Shown piece by piece: positions 31,348 through 41,612 of a stretch of DNA of 64,000 nucleotides. Where the stretch lies: the sequence record SRR31156797_1270. One strand, given 5' to 3'. Numbering within the stretch: the stretch's first letter is position 1; each line of letters begins with the position of its first letter. The notes under the pieces are model-generated. The model was given only the letters and a program-made list of their open reading frames with translations. It was not told where the DNA came from and ran no database searches. Position numbers and translations under genes: made by a program.

Positions 31348-32001
31348 TCAATTGAGATAGAGTGTCAACTGTTTTAAATCATCCAGTACTGTAACGTCTG
31401 GGTGAGACACTCTGTGATTCCATGCTAACGGTGTAATCTGAAATGTCGTGACTCCTGCATTCAATCCGGCTTGGATTCCCTGAGAGGTATCATCAACATA
31501 AACACACTCATCTAACCTGAAGCCCATGTTCATTGCACAGTATAGGATAAGATCGGGTTCCGGTTTCCAACTGTTCGCTTCAAAAGCTGAATAGACTCTG
31601 CCGTTGAAATAACCTAATAAACCAGCAGAACTTAATACCGCCTCAATACGCTCTTTGGACGCATTTGAAGTAACACAGAACTCAGTTTCCGTTTCGCGAA
31701 GCCAATCAATAAGTTCAACTGCGCCTTTCATCGGTTGAAGATCTTCAAACAAAGGTTCTAGCACTTCACGGTACCGATGTTCTAGCAAATCGACATCAGC
31801 GCTAACTCCAGCTATCTGCAAAGTGGAGTTGAGAATATCCGCGACTTTGCCGCCTTCAAAGTTTTCGATTACGTCTGATACTTTAAGCTTGGCACCAATT
31901 TCATCAAATACTTGAACTAACGCTTCACAGCACAGGCGTTCGCTATCAACTAATGTGCCTTCGCAATCGAAAATAACGCAGCTTTTCTTTTTGCCAACCA
32001 T
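31348..32001 (-). CDS. HAD-IA family phosphatase (YieH-like)
   Basis: IFDCEGTLVDSE, WKPEPD, YVDD. Confidence 0.85.
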   Translation of the reverse strand: MVGKKKSCVIFDCEGTLVDSERLCCEALVQVFDEIGAKLKVSDVIENFEGGKVADILNSTLQIAGVSADVDLLEHRYREVLEPLFEDLQPMKGAVELIDWLRETETEFCVTSNASKERIEAVLSSAGLLGYFNGRVYSAFEANSWKPEPDLILYCAMNMGFRLDECVYVDDTSQGIQAGLNAGVTTFQITPLAWNHRVSHPDVTVLDDLKQLTLYLN

Positions 32002-32239
32002 AATACGTTCTCCTTTATCAGCAGTTTAATCGCTACGGAGAACGGAAAAATGATTCACTTAACAAATTGAACCAACGCTATTCAGCAATATTCATAACTT
32101 GTATCGCCATCACTATTTAAAACAATACCGAAAATTCTGACATTATCGCTTAGTATTTAACCGGAACAGCACAAACGACCTTATATAACGCTAGGCTAAG
32201 CAGCATTAACATATGCGATACTAAACGAAGGAAAAAGAG

Positions 32240-32749
32240 TTATTGCTCGATATAAACAGAGCCGTTAAAAGTGCGGCTGCCATTCCATTTATCAATAACA
32301 GAGGCGGCAAACTGTTCTTTTGAAGGACATATTTCAGCAGATTTAGTGACAATATCAGAGACAAGAAGCTGGTCTTCCCACACAGTTACGATGGCGGCCG
32401 CTACAGGTTCTGATTGATGGAAAGCAACATAAAGAGCGCAAGGTTCCGAAAAGATGATTTGAGTGAAAAATTCGACCAAATCATTTTGTTGTTGTTCATT
32501 TTCACCACGTAACGCTTGTAAGATAGAAAACATGACCGTTAACCGATGAAAATCGACTTGAAAAATATCATCCAAGTTATAAGTCTTCGCGTATTCAGAT
32601 GGTTCGAAAGCACTTGTAGTACTGGTATCACAAAGCTTTTTGTAAACCGAGCGTCCGCGCAAACTCTCAGGTGTCGGAAACTCTACTTCGACTTGATCAA
32701 ATAGCCATTGATTTTTTACGGTGACAACATGTGGTATAGAATCAGTCAT
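32240..32749 (-). CDS. Conserved hypothetical protein
   Basis: 169-aa ORF with normal composition in its own slot; no recognisable catalytic motif. Confidence 0.7.
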   Translation of the reverse strand: MTDSIPHVVTVKNQWLFDQVEVEFPTPESLRGRSVYKKLCDTSTTSAFEPSEYAKTYNLDDIFQVDFHRLTVMFSILQALRGENEQQQNDLVEFFTQIIFSEPCALYVAFHQSEPVAAAIVTVWEDQLLVSDIVTKSAEICPSKEQFAASVIDKWNGSRTFNGSVYIEQ

Positions 32750-33007
32750 GAATTACTCTGCTTTGGAAGTTCATATGAGTACCAATACCAGAAATGCGGA
32801 ACTTGAATTATCGCTGGAATTGCTAAATAGCTTGAAACAAATGTTAACTCGGCAAGGATACTTAGCTATACGCGAGACTACAAGTATAGATATCTCATCT
32901 CATAGTGATGATTTTGCTAAACTTCTTACTGAATTCTCAATGAATCCTGTGTTTTAATCTGAAATGTATGATATTTAACAATGTATAATTTTCCGAAATG
33001 GAACCAA

Positions 33008-33481
33008 ATGATGAAAAAACGACTATTGGCGCTGGCCCTTTTAACCGCACTGGTTGGATGTTCTGACAATGAAGTCGGCGATGTTAGCCTCGGCGTCTTC
33101 ACTCTTAAGGATATAAAAATATCTTCGTTGAAAGACGAAGTTGTCCCTGGCGTGACTTGCCACATTGCTTCGGTAGAAGCAAACCTCAGTTTATCGGATC
33201 CAAGTGATAGCTCGATAGCATGTCGCCAAACTGGTGATATCACACCTGAAATGATCGCCAAAATAGACAAAAGTAAATCTGGTGAAGTGGTATTCAAACA
33301 ATCCAAAAGTATTTTCTTTAAAACAATGAAAGTCAGACGTATTTTCGACCCTGAAAATCAAACGTTACTTTACTTGTCATACACCACCAAAGAGACCGAG
33401 GGCAGTTTTAAACATAGTCTGTCTACCGTGCCTTTATGGGGAACGGATGCTTACAACGTTTTCCCAGACAAACCAGAATAG
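33008..33481 (+). CDS. CreA-family protein (predicted lipoprotein)
   Basis: VPGVTCHIAS, DPSDSSIACRQTG, SIFFKTMKVRRIFD; lipobox LVGC. Confidence 0.85.
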   Translation: MMKKRLLALALLTALVGCSDNEVGDVSLGVFTLKDIKISSLKDEVVPGVTCHIASVEANLSLSDPSDSSIACRQTGDITPEMIAKIDKSKSGEVVFKQSKSIFFKTMKVRRIFDPENQTLLYLSYTTKETEGSFKHSLSTVPLWGTDAYNVFPDKPE

Positions 33482-33515
33482 ACACAATAGTACGACAGCA
33501 TTTACCGATAACGCG

Positions 33516-33540
33516 AGCAGCCTCGAACAGGCTGCTTTTT
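33516..33540 (+). terminator. Intrinsic terminator
   Basis: AGCAGCCT-CGAAC-AGGCTGCTTTTT. Confidence 0.75.
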
Positions 33541-33615
33541 AATGCAAGAAAATGAAAGAGAGCCTATGTTTTTGTGATATTATGCACGAAATTTTCTTTC
33601 ATACCGATGAACAAG

Positions 33616-34920
33616 ATGAAGTTTCCAGGACAGCGTAAATCTAAACACTACTTCCCTACTCATGCGCGTGACCCTCTCGTCAACCAAATTCAGCAAACAC
33701 CCAAGTTGAAACGACCTACCATAATTGGCGTTGGGCAAACAATCGTAGATATAGAAGCGCGCGTTGATACAGACTTTCTCGACAAATATGACTTAAGTAA
33801 AGGTCACTCTTTGGTTCTCGAGGAGAGCAAAGCAGACGCCTTATACAAAGAACTCGTCGACAAAGGACTCATCACCCACCAACACCCTGGCGACACTATT
33901 GGTAACACACTTCACAACTACTCTGTGCTTGCTGACAGTAAGTCAGTATTACTTGGAGTGATGTCAAAGAATATCGAAGTCGGTTCCTTCGCCTACCGCT
34001 ATTTGTGTCGTACTTCATCAAGAATGAATTTAAACCATTTACAGACTGTCGATGGACCCATTGGTCGTTGTTACACCTTAATCACTGAAGATGGTGAACG
34101 TACTTTCGCGATCAACGAAGGTCATATGAACAAACTGCGACCAGACAGCATTCCTGAACCCGTTTTTAAAAAAGCTTCTGCGTTGGTTGTTTCTTCGTAT
34201 TTAATGCGCGGCAAGCCTGAAGATCCAATGCCTCAAGCGGTTCAGCGCGCGATAGAACTCGCAAAGTCAAACAATGTGCCTGTTGTGCTCACCCTCGGCA
34301 CTAAGTACGTTATTGAAGGCAATGAAGCATGGTGGCAGAACTTCCTCAGTGAACATGTCACTGTTGTTGCGATGAATGAAGAGGAAGGTGAAGCTCTTAC
34401 CGGAGAAAAAGATCCTCTGTTAGCCGCTGATAAAGCTCTACAATGGGTCGATTTAGTCTTATGCACGGCTGGTCCTGTAGGACTGTACATGGCTGGGTAC
34501 ACCGATAACTCAAGCAAACGTGAGACTGAACTGGCACTGTTGCCTGGCAACATTCCTGAATTCAACCAGTATGAGTTCAGCCGAGCAATGCGCAAACAAG
34601 ACTGCCAGAACCCACTTAAAGTGTATTCACATATTGGCCCTTATTTGGGCGGTCCTTTGGAAATTAAAAACACCAATGGTGCTGGCGATGGTGCTTTATC
34701 GGCGTTACTGCATGATATGGCTGCCAACGCCTTCCATCAGCAGAATGTTCCTAACTCTATTAAACACGATCAGCCTTATTTAACCTACTCTTCTTTGTCC
34801 CAAGTATGTAAGTACGCTAACCGTGTAAGCTATGAAGTGTTAACTCAGCATTCGCCACGGTTATCTCGAGCACTACCTGAACGTGAAGACAGCTTAGAAG
34901 AGGCATACTGGGAACGCTAA
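33616..34920 (+). CDS. gsk: Inosine/guanosine kinase (PfkB family)
   Basis: MKFPGQRKSKHYFP N-terminus, NTNGAGDG, C-terminal EDSLEEAYWER. Confidence 0.93.
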   Translation: MKFPGQRKSKHYFPTHARDPLVNQIQQTPKLKRPTIIGVGQTIVDIEARVDTDFLDKYDLSKGHSLVLEESKADALYKELVDKGLITHQHPGDTIGNTLHNYSVLADSKSVLLGVMSKNIEVGSFAYRYLCRTSSRMNLNHLQTVDGPIGRCYTLITEDGERTFAINEGHMNKLRPDSIPEPVFKKASALVVSSYLMRGKPEDPMPQAVQRAIELAKSNNVPVVLTLGTKYVIEGNEAWWQNFLSEHVTVVAMNEEEGEALTGEKDPLLAADKALQWVDLVLCTAGPVGLYMAGYTDNSSKRETELALLPGNIPEFNQYEFSRAMRKQDCQNPLKVYSHIGPYLGGPLEIKNTNGAGDGALSALLHDMAANAFHQQNVPNSIKHDQPYLTYSSLSQVCKYANRVSYEVLTQHSPRLSRALPEREDSLEEAYWER

Positions 34921-35184
34921 GCTTTACATTATGCCACATCGGGGCGTCACTATTTGTCGCTCCGATGTAATAACTAGGTGAACAACTCTTAAATTTTTTG
35001 TAGCACGAACTAATAAACCTGAATCTATGTAACTTACTGTAATAAAAGCATGTTAAAAGTGGTTTCTTATATGATTCACATCAACATTCTGAATAAGAAA
35101 TGATGCTTTCATAGCTCAGGGTGTTTATTTAAGATGTGTAAGGCAGTATTGTTGTTACATTAATTTTGGAACCATTGTACGGTT

Positions 35185-36927
35185 ATGTCGTTAATTCAAG
35201 ATAAGTTGTCAGTCATACAGAATGAGTTTGACGACACCTACTTAAATCGTTTAGTTCATATTTTCGACGTGTTTAATCACGGCGTTTTCTATATGAATGA
35301 ACAGGGCGTAATGACATTCTACAACCCTGAATTCTACCAACAGTTTGGCTTCAACAGTAAAACAGCCCAGTTAGAAGACTGGTTAAATCTTGTTCACCCA
35401 CTTGATAGCCCCCTACTCGAAAACCGAATCATCCAACATACCCCAGCATCTGGCAAAGTCAGTACTCAATACCGAATTCGCAATTCGAATGGGCATTATG
35501 TGTGGATTGAAGGCGTAGCGGTATCTAAAACGGTCTGTGGGCAATCTTTCATGGTGGGTTGTCACCGCGACATTTCAGATCAAAAATTGATGCAGTCTTA
35601 TCTCCATCAGGCAGCTTTTTTTGATAAAGCAACCGGACTATCAAATCGCACTAAGTTAGTTCATGATTTAGAAGCACTTAAGCAGCAAAAGAACGTCAAC
35701 GCCACCCTTCTATATATCCAGATTGATGATATAAAGTCATACATTAACCAGTATGGTAATAACATACTTGAGCAGGTGGTTGAGCATTTAACCAGTGCTC
35801 TGCAGGCGTTACCGGAACAATCTTCTCACCATTATCGAGTGCGTTCAGACGATTTTGCGGTCGTATTGTATGGAGATTACGTTACCAGTGAACTGCAAAG
35901 TATGTGTAAAAACATTCTAAAACAGTATGCAGATTCAACCCTGAAGTACGGAAAGCTGTATGGTAACAAAATCAGTATTGGTGTTTACCCGCTACTTAAT
36001 GATGAAGTAACGCCTCTGCAATCAATAGAAATCGCATCGCGAACCTGCCAGTTTGCTGGAGAAAACAATCGTTCCCGTATTGAGATTTATACTGGTAGAA
36101 CACAACGTAATGTAGACAGATTTTTCTTTATTGAAAAAGGATTAAAAGAAGCCATCCATACACGTTCATTAAGCGTTAAATTCCAACCAATTATCCATGC
36201 TTCGAATGGTAAGGTCGCAAGTTTTGAAGCGTTAGTTCGTTGGCGGTCAACAGATTTTGGTGAAATTTTCCCTGATGAGTTCATCCCAATCGCTGAAAAG
36301 AAAGGGCTGATTAACGATCTGGGCTATCTGGTGTTTGAAAAAGCTTGCGCCTTTATTAGTCATTACAATCACGTCAACAAATCGAGTATACGGGTCAATG
36401 TCAACGTATCCGTTCTTCAATTACTCGATACCAATTTCCCTTCTAACTTACATATGCTAGCAGTCAATGCTGGCGTAGAAACGCAATCCATCGTACTTGA
36501 ACTGACTGAAACAGTGATGCTAGATGGTAATAAAAATGCCCTTAACCAGATTTATAAACTCAGCAGCATGGGCTTCTCACTTTCATTAGATGATTTCGGT
36601 TCTGGTTTCAGTTCTATCCACAGTTTCCTCGGGCTACCGTTAAACCAGATCAAGATAGACAAGTTGATGACGACCAAATCCATGGAAGACAAGGACTACG
36701 AACAGTACCTTCAGTTCATCACCAAATTATGCAGTTCTAAAGGTGTGTCGATTGTATTTGAAGGGATAGAGGATCAAACCATGTTCCAAAAGTTCAAAGA
36801 CATGGGCGCATCCTATTTTCAAGGTTACTGGTTTTCCAAACCTCTGTCGGTGGCCAGTGCGAGTCAATATACCTTAATCACCAAAGATATCCCACTCAAG
36901 CCACCTGTTTTAATTAGCACTCATTAA
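35185..36927 (+). CDS. PAS - degenerate GGDEF - EAL protein (probable c-di-GMP phosphodiesterase)
   Basis: PAS/PAC (VHPLD; GHYVWIE), degenerate GGDEF site RSDDF, EAL domain with FEALVRW, LELTE, DDFGSGFSS, IKIDK and EGIE. Confidence 0.88.
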   Translation: MSLIQDKLSVIQNEFDDTYLNRLVHIFDVFNHGVFYMNEQGVMTFYNPEFYQQFGFNSKTAQLEDWLNLVHPLDSPLLENRIIQHTPASGKVSTQYRIRNSNGHYVWIEGVAVSKTVCGQSFMVGCHRDISDQKLMQSYLHQAAFFDKATGLSNRTKLVHDLEALKQQKNVNATLLYIQIDDIKSYINQYGNNILEQVVEHLTSALQALPEQSSHHYRVRSDDFAVVLYGDYVTSELQSMCKNILKQYADSTLKYGKLYGNKISIGVYPLLNDEVTPLQSIEIASRTCQFAGENNRSRIEIYTGRTQRNVDRFFFIEKGLKEAIHTRSLSVKFQPIIHASNGKVASFEALVRWRSTDFGEIFPDEFIPIAEKKGLINDLGYLVFEKACAFISHYNHVNKSSIRVNVNVSVLQLLDTNFPSNLHMLAVNAGVETQSIVLELTETVMLDGNKNALNQIYKLSSMGFSLSLDDFGSGFSSIHSFLGLPLNQIKIDKLMTTKSMEDKDYEQYLQFITKLCSSKGVSIVFEGIEDQTMFQKFKDMGASYFQGYWFSKPLSVASASQYTLITKDIPLKPPVLISTH

Positions 36928-36934
36928 TTGTCAG

Positions 36935-38923
36935 CTATTCTGCTGCTATCGCATAGCTGTCTTGAGCAGTATAGAAGTTGTTGTCAAAAGCTAAATTCCC
37001 CCACATCGCATTCGCATGCGCTATTGTGACGATGCTACTCGTAACAGGTGCAGCAACCATAGTTCCATCTTTTGGATGGTATTTATATGTTGAAATACCT
37101 TTTTCTGGCTGAATCACAACAACATCGTTATCGGCCGTCATCCACGCGTAGTTTTTATCGCGCTGCATTAAAGCTCTCTGTTTCTCGACAGGAACATCCT
37201 TAGTCAAGTCATGGCCAATCATTGGATTTTCGCTACTCACACCAGCCAAAGACAACAAGGTCGGAACTAAATCAATCTGACTTACTAGTCGGTCATCTAG
37301 CTTAGGTTCAATACCACCACCAAAAATAACTGCAGGAATTTTAAAGTTTTTAATCGGCACAGGTTCTGAACCGTACGTCCGAGCATCATGATCGGCAATC
37401 ACGGCGAAAATCGTGTTGTCCCAATATTTAGAACCCTTCGCTTTCTCAACAAACTCTCCTAAAGCAAAGTCGGCGTATTTTATGGCATTTTCAACCGTTT
37501 GCTTAGGCTGGTTATAAGGTTCAATCACACCGTCAGGATACTCAAATGGGCTGTGATTAGAAGAACTAAATACTAAGCTAAAAAACGGCTTATGCTGGTC
37601 ACTCATTTGAGCGAACTGTTGATCCGCTTTAGTAAATAAGTCTTGATCACTCGCTCCCCAAGAGCCAACAAATCGTGGATTAGAGAATGTTGGGAAGTCC
37701 TGCATATCTACAAAACCATTTCCCAAAAAGAAACTCTTCATGTTATCGAAGTGGCTTTCACCACCATAGATAAACTGGGTGTGGTACTGATTGGCCTTTA
37801 ACAAGTTGGCGATACTAAAAAAGTTGGTTTGGCTTTTACCCAGTTTAACCACAGCCCTTGCGGGTGTCGGCGAAAACCCAGTAGTCACCGCTTCAATCCC
37901 GCGAACAGAACGTGTGCCCGTCGCATACATACGAGTAAACGCCCAGCCTTCGGAGATCAGCTTATCCATGTTTGGTGATGTGTCGATACCGCCCAGGCTC
38001 TTCACGTATTGAGCTCCGTGGCTTTCCATCAACAATATAACAATATTCTTTTTGGGCCCCTGATAAGAAGCGTAGTGTTTCGCTAAAGTCGGCTTATCTC
38101 CGCCAACAAAATTACGTGCTTCAACGTTCATTGAAGATTGAATCTGCTTAACAATCTCTTGTTGATCCATCCTAGGATAAAATTCAGACGCACTCGCCTC
38201 GGCTCCCATTTGCTTAGCTGCGAAGATCACTGAGTATGATGAGTTTAAAGTAAGGTCATTGACCAATGGATCTGCAGCAAAGGCAACCATCGCTGGATTT
38301 AGAGGACGGTGGCCTAGAGTAGAACGTGCGCCCATCACACAAAGTGCAACAACGAACAATGCAATAAATGGTCGCCAATACCAACGCAGATAGGATAAGC
38401 CGGTAACAAGTGTTCGGCTCCATTTCCAGCCGACAATTACCGTGGTTACACTCACGATACAACCAAGTACAAGTTCCAATTTATAGCCTGACCAAAGCAT
38501 GCTAAATACTTCTTTGGGATAAATAAGATATTCAACAAACAGACGGTTTGGACGTAAATCGTACTCCATAATAAATGGAGGCGTGGCCGCTTCCATATAG
38601 ACGACGAGCCACAAGCCGCCAGTAATCCAAAGTCGAAGTACCCAATTCCAAATACGGCCAATGATATGGTCACCAGAAATAAGAGCTGTAAGGAGTGCAG
38701 GTAGAATAAATAGATAGCCGAGTGAAGCAAGATCAATTCGCAACCCGCTTAGCAGAATGTTTGTCCAACCCTCGGCTTCGGAAACTCGGTCAACATGCCA
38801 AATCGATAAAGCAATACGTGATAATGCGAATAGACATAAAATCGCAACAGATGCAGAAACCAGCGGGTACAAAGGCCCCAAAAACCGCTTTACACTTTTC
38901 AAAATAAATTCCAATAATATCAA
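36935..38923 (-). CDS. LTA synthase family / sulfatase-fold membrane phosphotransferase
   Basis: N-terminal TM helices, NIVILLMES, SSSNHSPF, ADHD; exact start uncertain. Confidence 0.85.
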   Translation of the reverse strand: MILLEFILKSVKRFLGPLYPLVSASVAILCLFALSRIALSIWHVDRVSEAEGWTNILLSGLRIDLASLGYLFILPALLTALISGDHIIGRIWNWVLRLWITGGLWLVVYMEAATPPFIMEYDLRPNRLFVEYLIYPKEVFSMLWSGYKLELVLGCIVSVTTVIVGWKWSRTLVTGLSYLRWYWRPFIALFVVALCVMGARSTLGHRPLNPAMVAFAADPLVNDLTLNSSYSVIFAAKQMGAEASASEFYPRMDQQEIVKQIQSSMNVEARNFVGGDKPTLAKHYASYQGPKKNIVILLMESHGAQYVKSLGGIDTSPNMDKLISEGWAFTRMYATGTRSVRGIEAVTTGFSPTPARAVVKLGKSQTNFFSIANLLKANQYHTQFIYGGESHFDNMKSFFLGNGFVDMQDFPTFSNPRFVGSWGASDQDLFTKADQQFAQMSDQHKPFFSLVFSSSNHSPFEYPDGVIEPYNQPKQTVENAIKYADFALGEFVEKAKGSKYWDNTIFAVIADHDARTYGSEPVPIKNFKIPAVIFGGGIEPKLDDRLVSQIDLVPTLLSLAGVSSENPMIGHDLTKDVPVEKQRALMQRDKNYAWMTADNDVVVIQPEKGISTYKYHPKDGTMVAAPVTSSIVTIAHANAMWGNLAFDNNFYTAQDSYAIAAE

Positions 38924-39037
38924 TTAATTATAATATTTATTTCAACTGACGTTAATGAAATTATATGTGTTACATCAATGTAAACAAGCAATAACTAATA
39001 AACTATTGACGTAACTCTCAATAAAATAAATTAAGCG

Positions 39038-40081
39038 TTAAGAATTAGTAAAATTCGAGCCGCTTAACCTGAAGCGTATGAAGCCAAAACACGCCAAAGC
39101 AAGCATAACAAACCAATTCATGGAACCACCACCAGAGTCGCCAGAGCTGGCTGCCTGTGTAGTGGCAGAGGCTAGATAAGCTCGTCGCTTAGCTTCGGTA
39201 GCAATGAACTTTGGAGTCTCGCTACCCGCTAATACGCTGTCAATCCATGTTTGGTAATCATAAACTTCGGTAAAAACAGAGGTCGCACTGTAACTCGCAT
39301 CACCACAGAATGTTGCAGGCCCGAAGCTAGTCACGCCCACGAGAACATACTCGGAGGTGTTATACCAATATAAAGGTCCACCAGAATCTCCCTGACAGGT
39401 ACTGGTTTCGAGCCCATTATCTGGACTAACGGCACCTTCCATACACAATTTGGTATCGGTCATATTGCTGTAATTACAAACACCATTTTCAACATAAGAT
39501 AATGATGCTTTTTGTAAATAGTCTGTGGTATCAACATCTTTTGCCGTGTTACCGTGCCCTACCGCATAGAAGACTTCACTGTTGTTACGGTAGTCGGTAT
39601 CAACCCCAGTAACCACTGAAGGCCTCACAGCAAAATCACTCGAACCAAGCGAACTTAGAGCTGATTCCAGTTCAAGAATTGCAACATCATTATTTAATGT
39701 ATTGTGATCATAGTTATCAGGGTAATAGATCTTTGATACTCGCTGCTTTTCCGTAACATTGTACGGAAAGTAGCTCTCTTTTTGGGGCTTTGGAACAACT
39801 ACGGTAAACAGGGAATATAAGTGGTTATCATGATCGGTGCTGTACACACAGTGTGCTGCAGTAAGAATGTGTGTGGCATCAAGAACAGTGGAGCCACAAT
39901 AACTCCCCTGATAATAAGTACTGTTGTAATCAATCAGATCAACATAGAGAGCGGAATAAGAAGGAAAAGTCGTAACACTCGCATCAGAGCCGTTAACGAT
40001 ATAAGCCTGATAATCTTCACTAGCATAAACATTGAGACTTAAGCTAGCTAGAGCCGAAAGCAAACATAGACGGACTTTCAT
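39038..40081 (-). CDS. S1-family serine protease with GlyGly-CTERM (rhombosortase) anchor
   Basis: Signal peptide, mature start IVNG, TAAHC, NDVAIL, GDSGGP; C-terminal SGGGS + hydrophobic helix + basic residues. Confidence 0.9.
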   Translation of the reverse strand: MKVRLCLLSALASLSLNVYASEDYQAYIVNGSDASVTTFPSYSALYVDLIDYNSTYYQGSYCGSTVLDATHILTAAHCVYSTDHDNHLYSLFTVVVPKPQKESYFPYNVTEKQRVSKIYYPDNYDHNTLNNDVAILELESALSSLGSSDFAVRPSVVTGVDTDYRNNSEVFYAVGHGNTAKDVDTTDYLQKASLSYVENGVCNYSNMTDTKLCMEGAVSPDNGLETSTCQGDSGGPLYWYNTSEYVLVGVTSFGPATFCGDASYSATSVFTEVYDYQTWIDSVLAGSETPKFIATEAKRRAYLASATTQAASSGDSGGGSMNWFVMLALACFGFIRFRLSGSNFTNS

Positions 40082-40191
40082 TGCATTAATCCATTACCAC
40101 ACCATTCATAAATTCAGTGTAGTAATGTAATTTTAAAAGAGCCGCTATACCAAGCGACTCTTTTTTGCTTACGAGTTAGAACAAATGAATA

Positions 40192-41325
40192 CTAACCACG
40201 ATAATAACGTTGTGGGACAAAAGGCATTTTCTCTACTGTCATTGCCAACATCTTACCGCGCACTTCAGCAAAAACTTCGCTGCCAATAGCTGCGAAATCT
40301 GTTTGCACATACGCCATTGAAACTGGCTTGCCAGCCGTTGGACCTGCAGTACCACTAGTAACAATGCCAATGTTAACGCCATTACCGTCAAACAGTTCTG
40401 TGCCCTCACGAACAGGCGCTTTCGTTTGCCCGACTAAACCGACACGCTTACGTGCAACGTCTTTGGTATGAATCTGGTTAAGAATGATATCTGCACCAGG
40501 GAAACCACCCTCTCGAGCCCCACCGGCGCGACGAACAGGTTGAATACCCCATAGAAGGCTCGCTTCCACGGGTGACGTTGTCGTATCCAAGTCATGACCA
40601 TAAAGGCACAAACCACACTCTAAGCGCAGTGAGTCACGAGCACCAAGACCAATCCACTCAACCTCTTCAAACCCAGTTAGCTTAGCTGCTAGTGATTGAG
40701 CTTGGTCAGCTGGTACTGAGATTTCATAGCCATCTTCACCTGTGTAACCACTACGACTAACAATACAATCAATGCCTTCAATTGAAACTTGCTGGATATC
40801 CATGAAAACCATATCCGCGACACTGGGTTGCAGACGAGAAAGCACTTCTACTGCTTTCGGTCCTTGTAGTGCTAACAGTGCACGGTCTTCAATAACTTCC
40901 AGTTCAACACCCGACGGCAAGTGTGCTTCTAAGTGAGCAATATCCTGAGCTTTACAAGCAGCGTTAACCACCACAAACAAGTGATCACCTAAGTTTGCGA
41001 CCATCAAATCATCCAAGATGCCGCCTTCATCGTTGGTAAAGAAAGCGTAACGCTGCTTACCAGCAGGCAAATCAATGATGTCGACAGGCACTAACGTTTC
41101 TAATGCTTGTGCCGCAGCGTCTCCATGCAAGCGCAGTTGCCCCATGTGTGATACATCAAACAACCCAGCAGCATCACGAGTATGTAAATGCTCTTTTTTC
41201 ACACCAAGAGCATATTGCACTGGCATATCATAACCAGCGAAAGGTACCATCTTAGCACCAGCTTCAATATGCATTGCGTGTAAAGGCGTCACCAAAAGTT
41301 CTTGCGAAGTACTTTCCTGAGTCAT
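40192..41325 (-). CDS. gcvT: Glycine cleavage system aminomethyltransferase T
   Basis: TPLH..H, GLFDVSHMGQ, SRSGYTGEDGYE, GLGARDSLRLE. Confidence 0.96.
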   Translation of the reverse strand: MTQESTSQELLVTPLHAMHIEAGAKMVPFAGYDMPVQYALGVKKEHLHTRDAAGLFDVSHMGQLRLHGDAAAQALETLVPVDIIDLPAGKQRYAFFTNDEGGILDDLMVANLGDHLFVVVNAACKAQDIAHLEAHLPSGVELEVIEDRALLALQGPKAVEVLSRLQPSVADMVFMDIQQVSIEGIDCIVSRSGYTGEDGYEISVPADQAQSLAAKLTGFEEVEWIGLGARDSLRLECGLCLYGHDLDTTTSPVEASLLWGIQPVRRAGGAREGGFPGADIILNQIHTKDVARKRVGLVGQTKAPVREGTELFDGNGVNIGIVTSGTAGPTAGKPVSMAYVQTDFAAIGSEVFAEVRGKMLAMTVEKMPFVPQRYYRG

Positions 41326-41612
41326 TTCAATCTCCATCTAAACCCAATCCGTTGAAGGCATTAGGTCAATATTGTTTGTTGTAGTTCCACTACAGAGACG
41401 TAGTTTCCAATAGTGAACAAGGATGCGCTCGTTTTTGGCATTTAACAAGATTAAAACGTCTGAAACGAGTCACAATTAACAACCCAGTCACATTTCCAGA
41501 CATCAATAAAAACGCCGTATCGAGTCATAAAACATCAATACGGCGTATTTTTCTTCATAAAGCAACAAAAAGCAAACGGTTGCTTTCACTATAGGAAACT
41601 TTTATCTTTACT

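Noticed and set aside
32721-32957. 78-aa ORF upstream of the CreA-family gene
   Set aside because: Overlaps the start of the divergent gene and occupies promoter space; no motif
38970-38983. TTACAT-CA-ATGTAA as a parS2 site
   Set aside because: Does not fit TTTACA-N-TGTAAA spacing; could be a local operator but is unsupported
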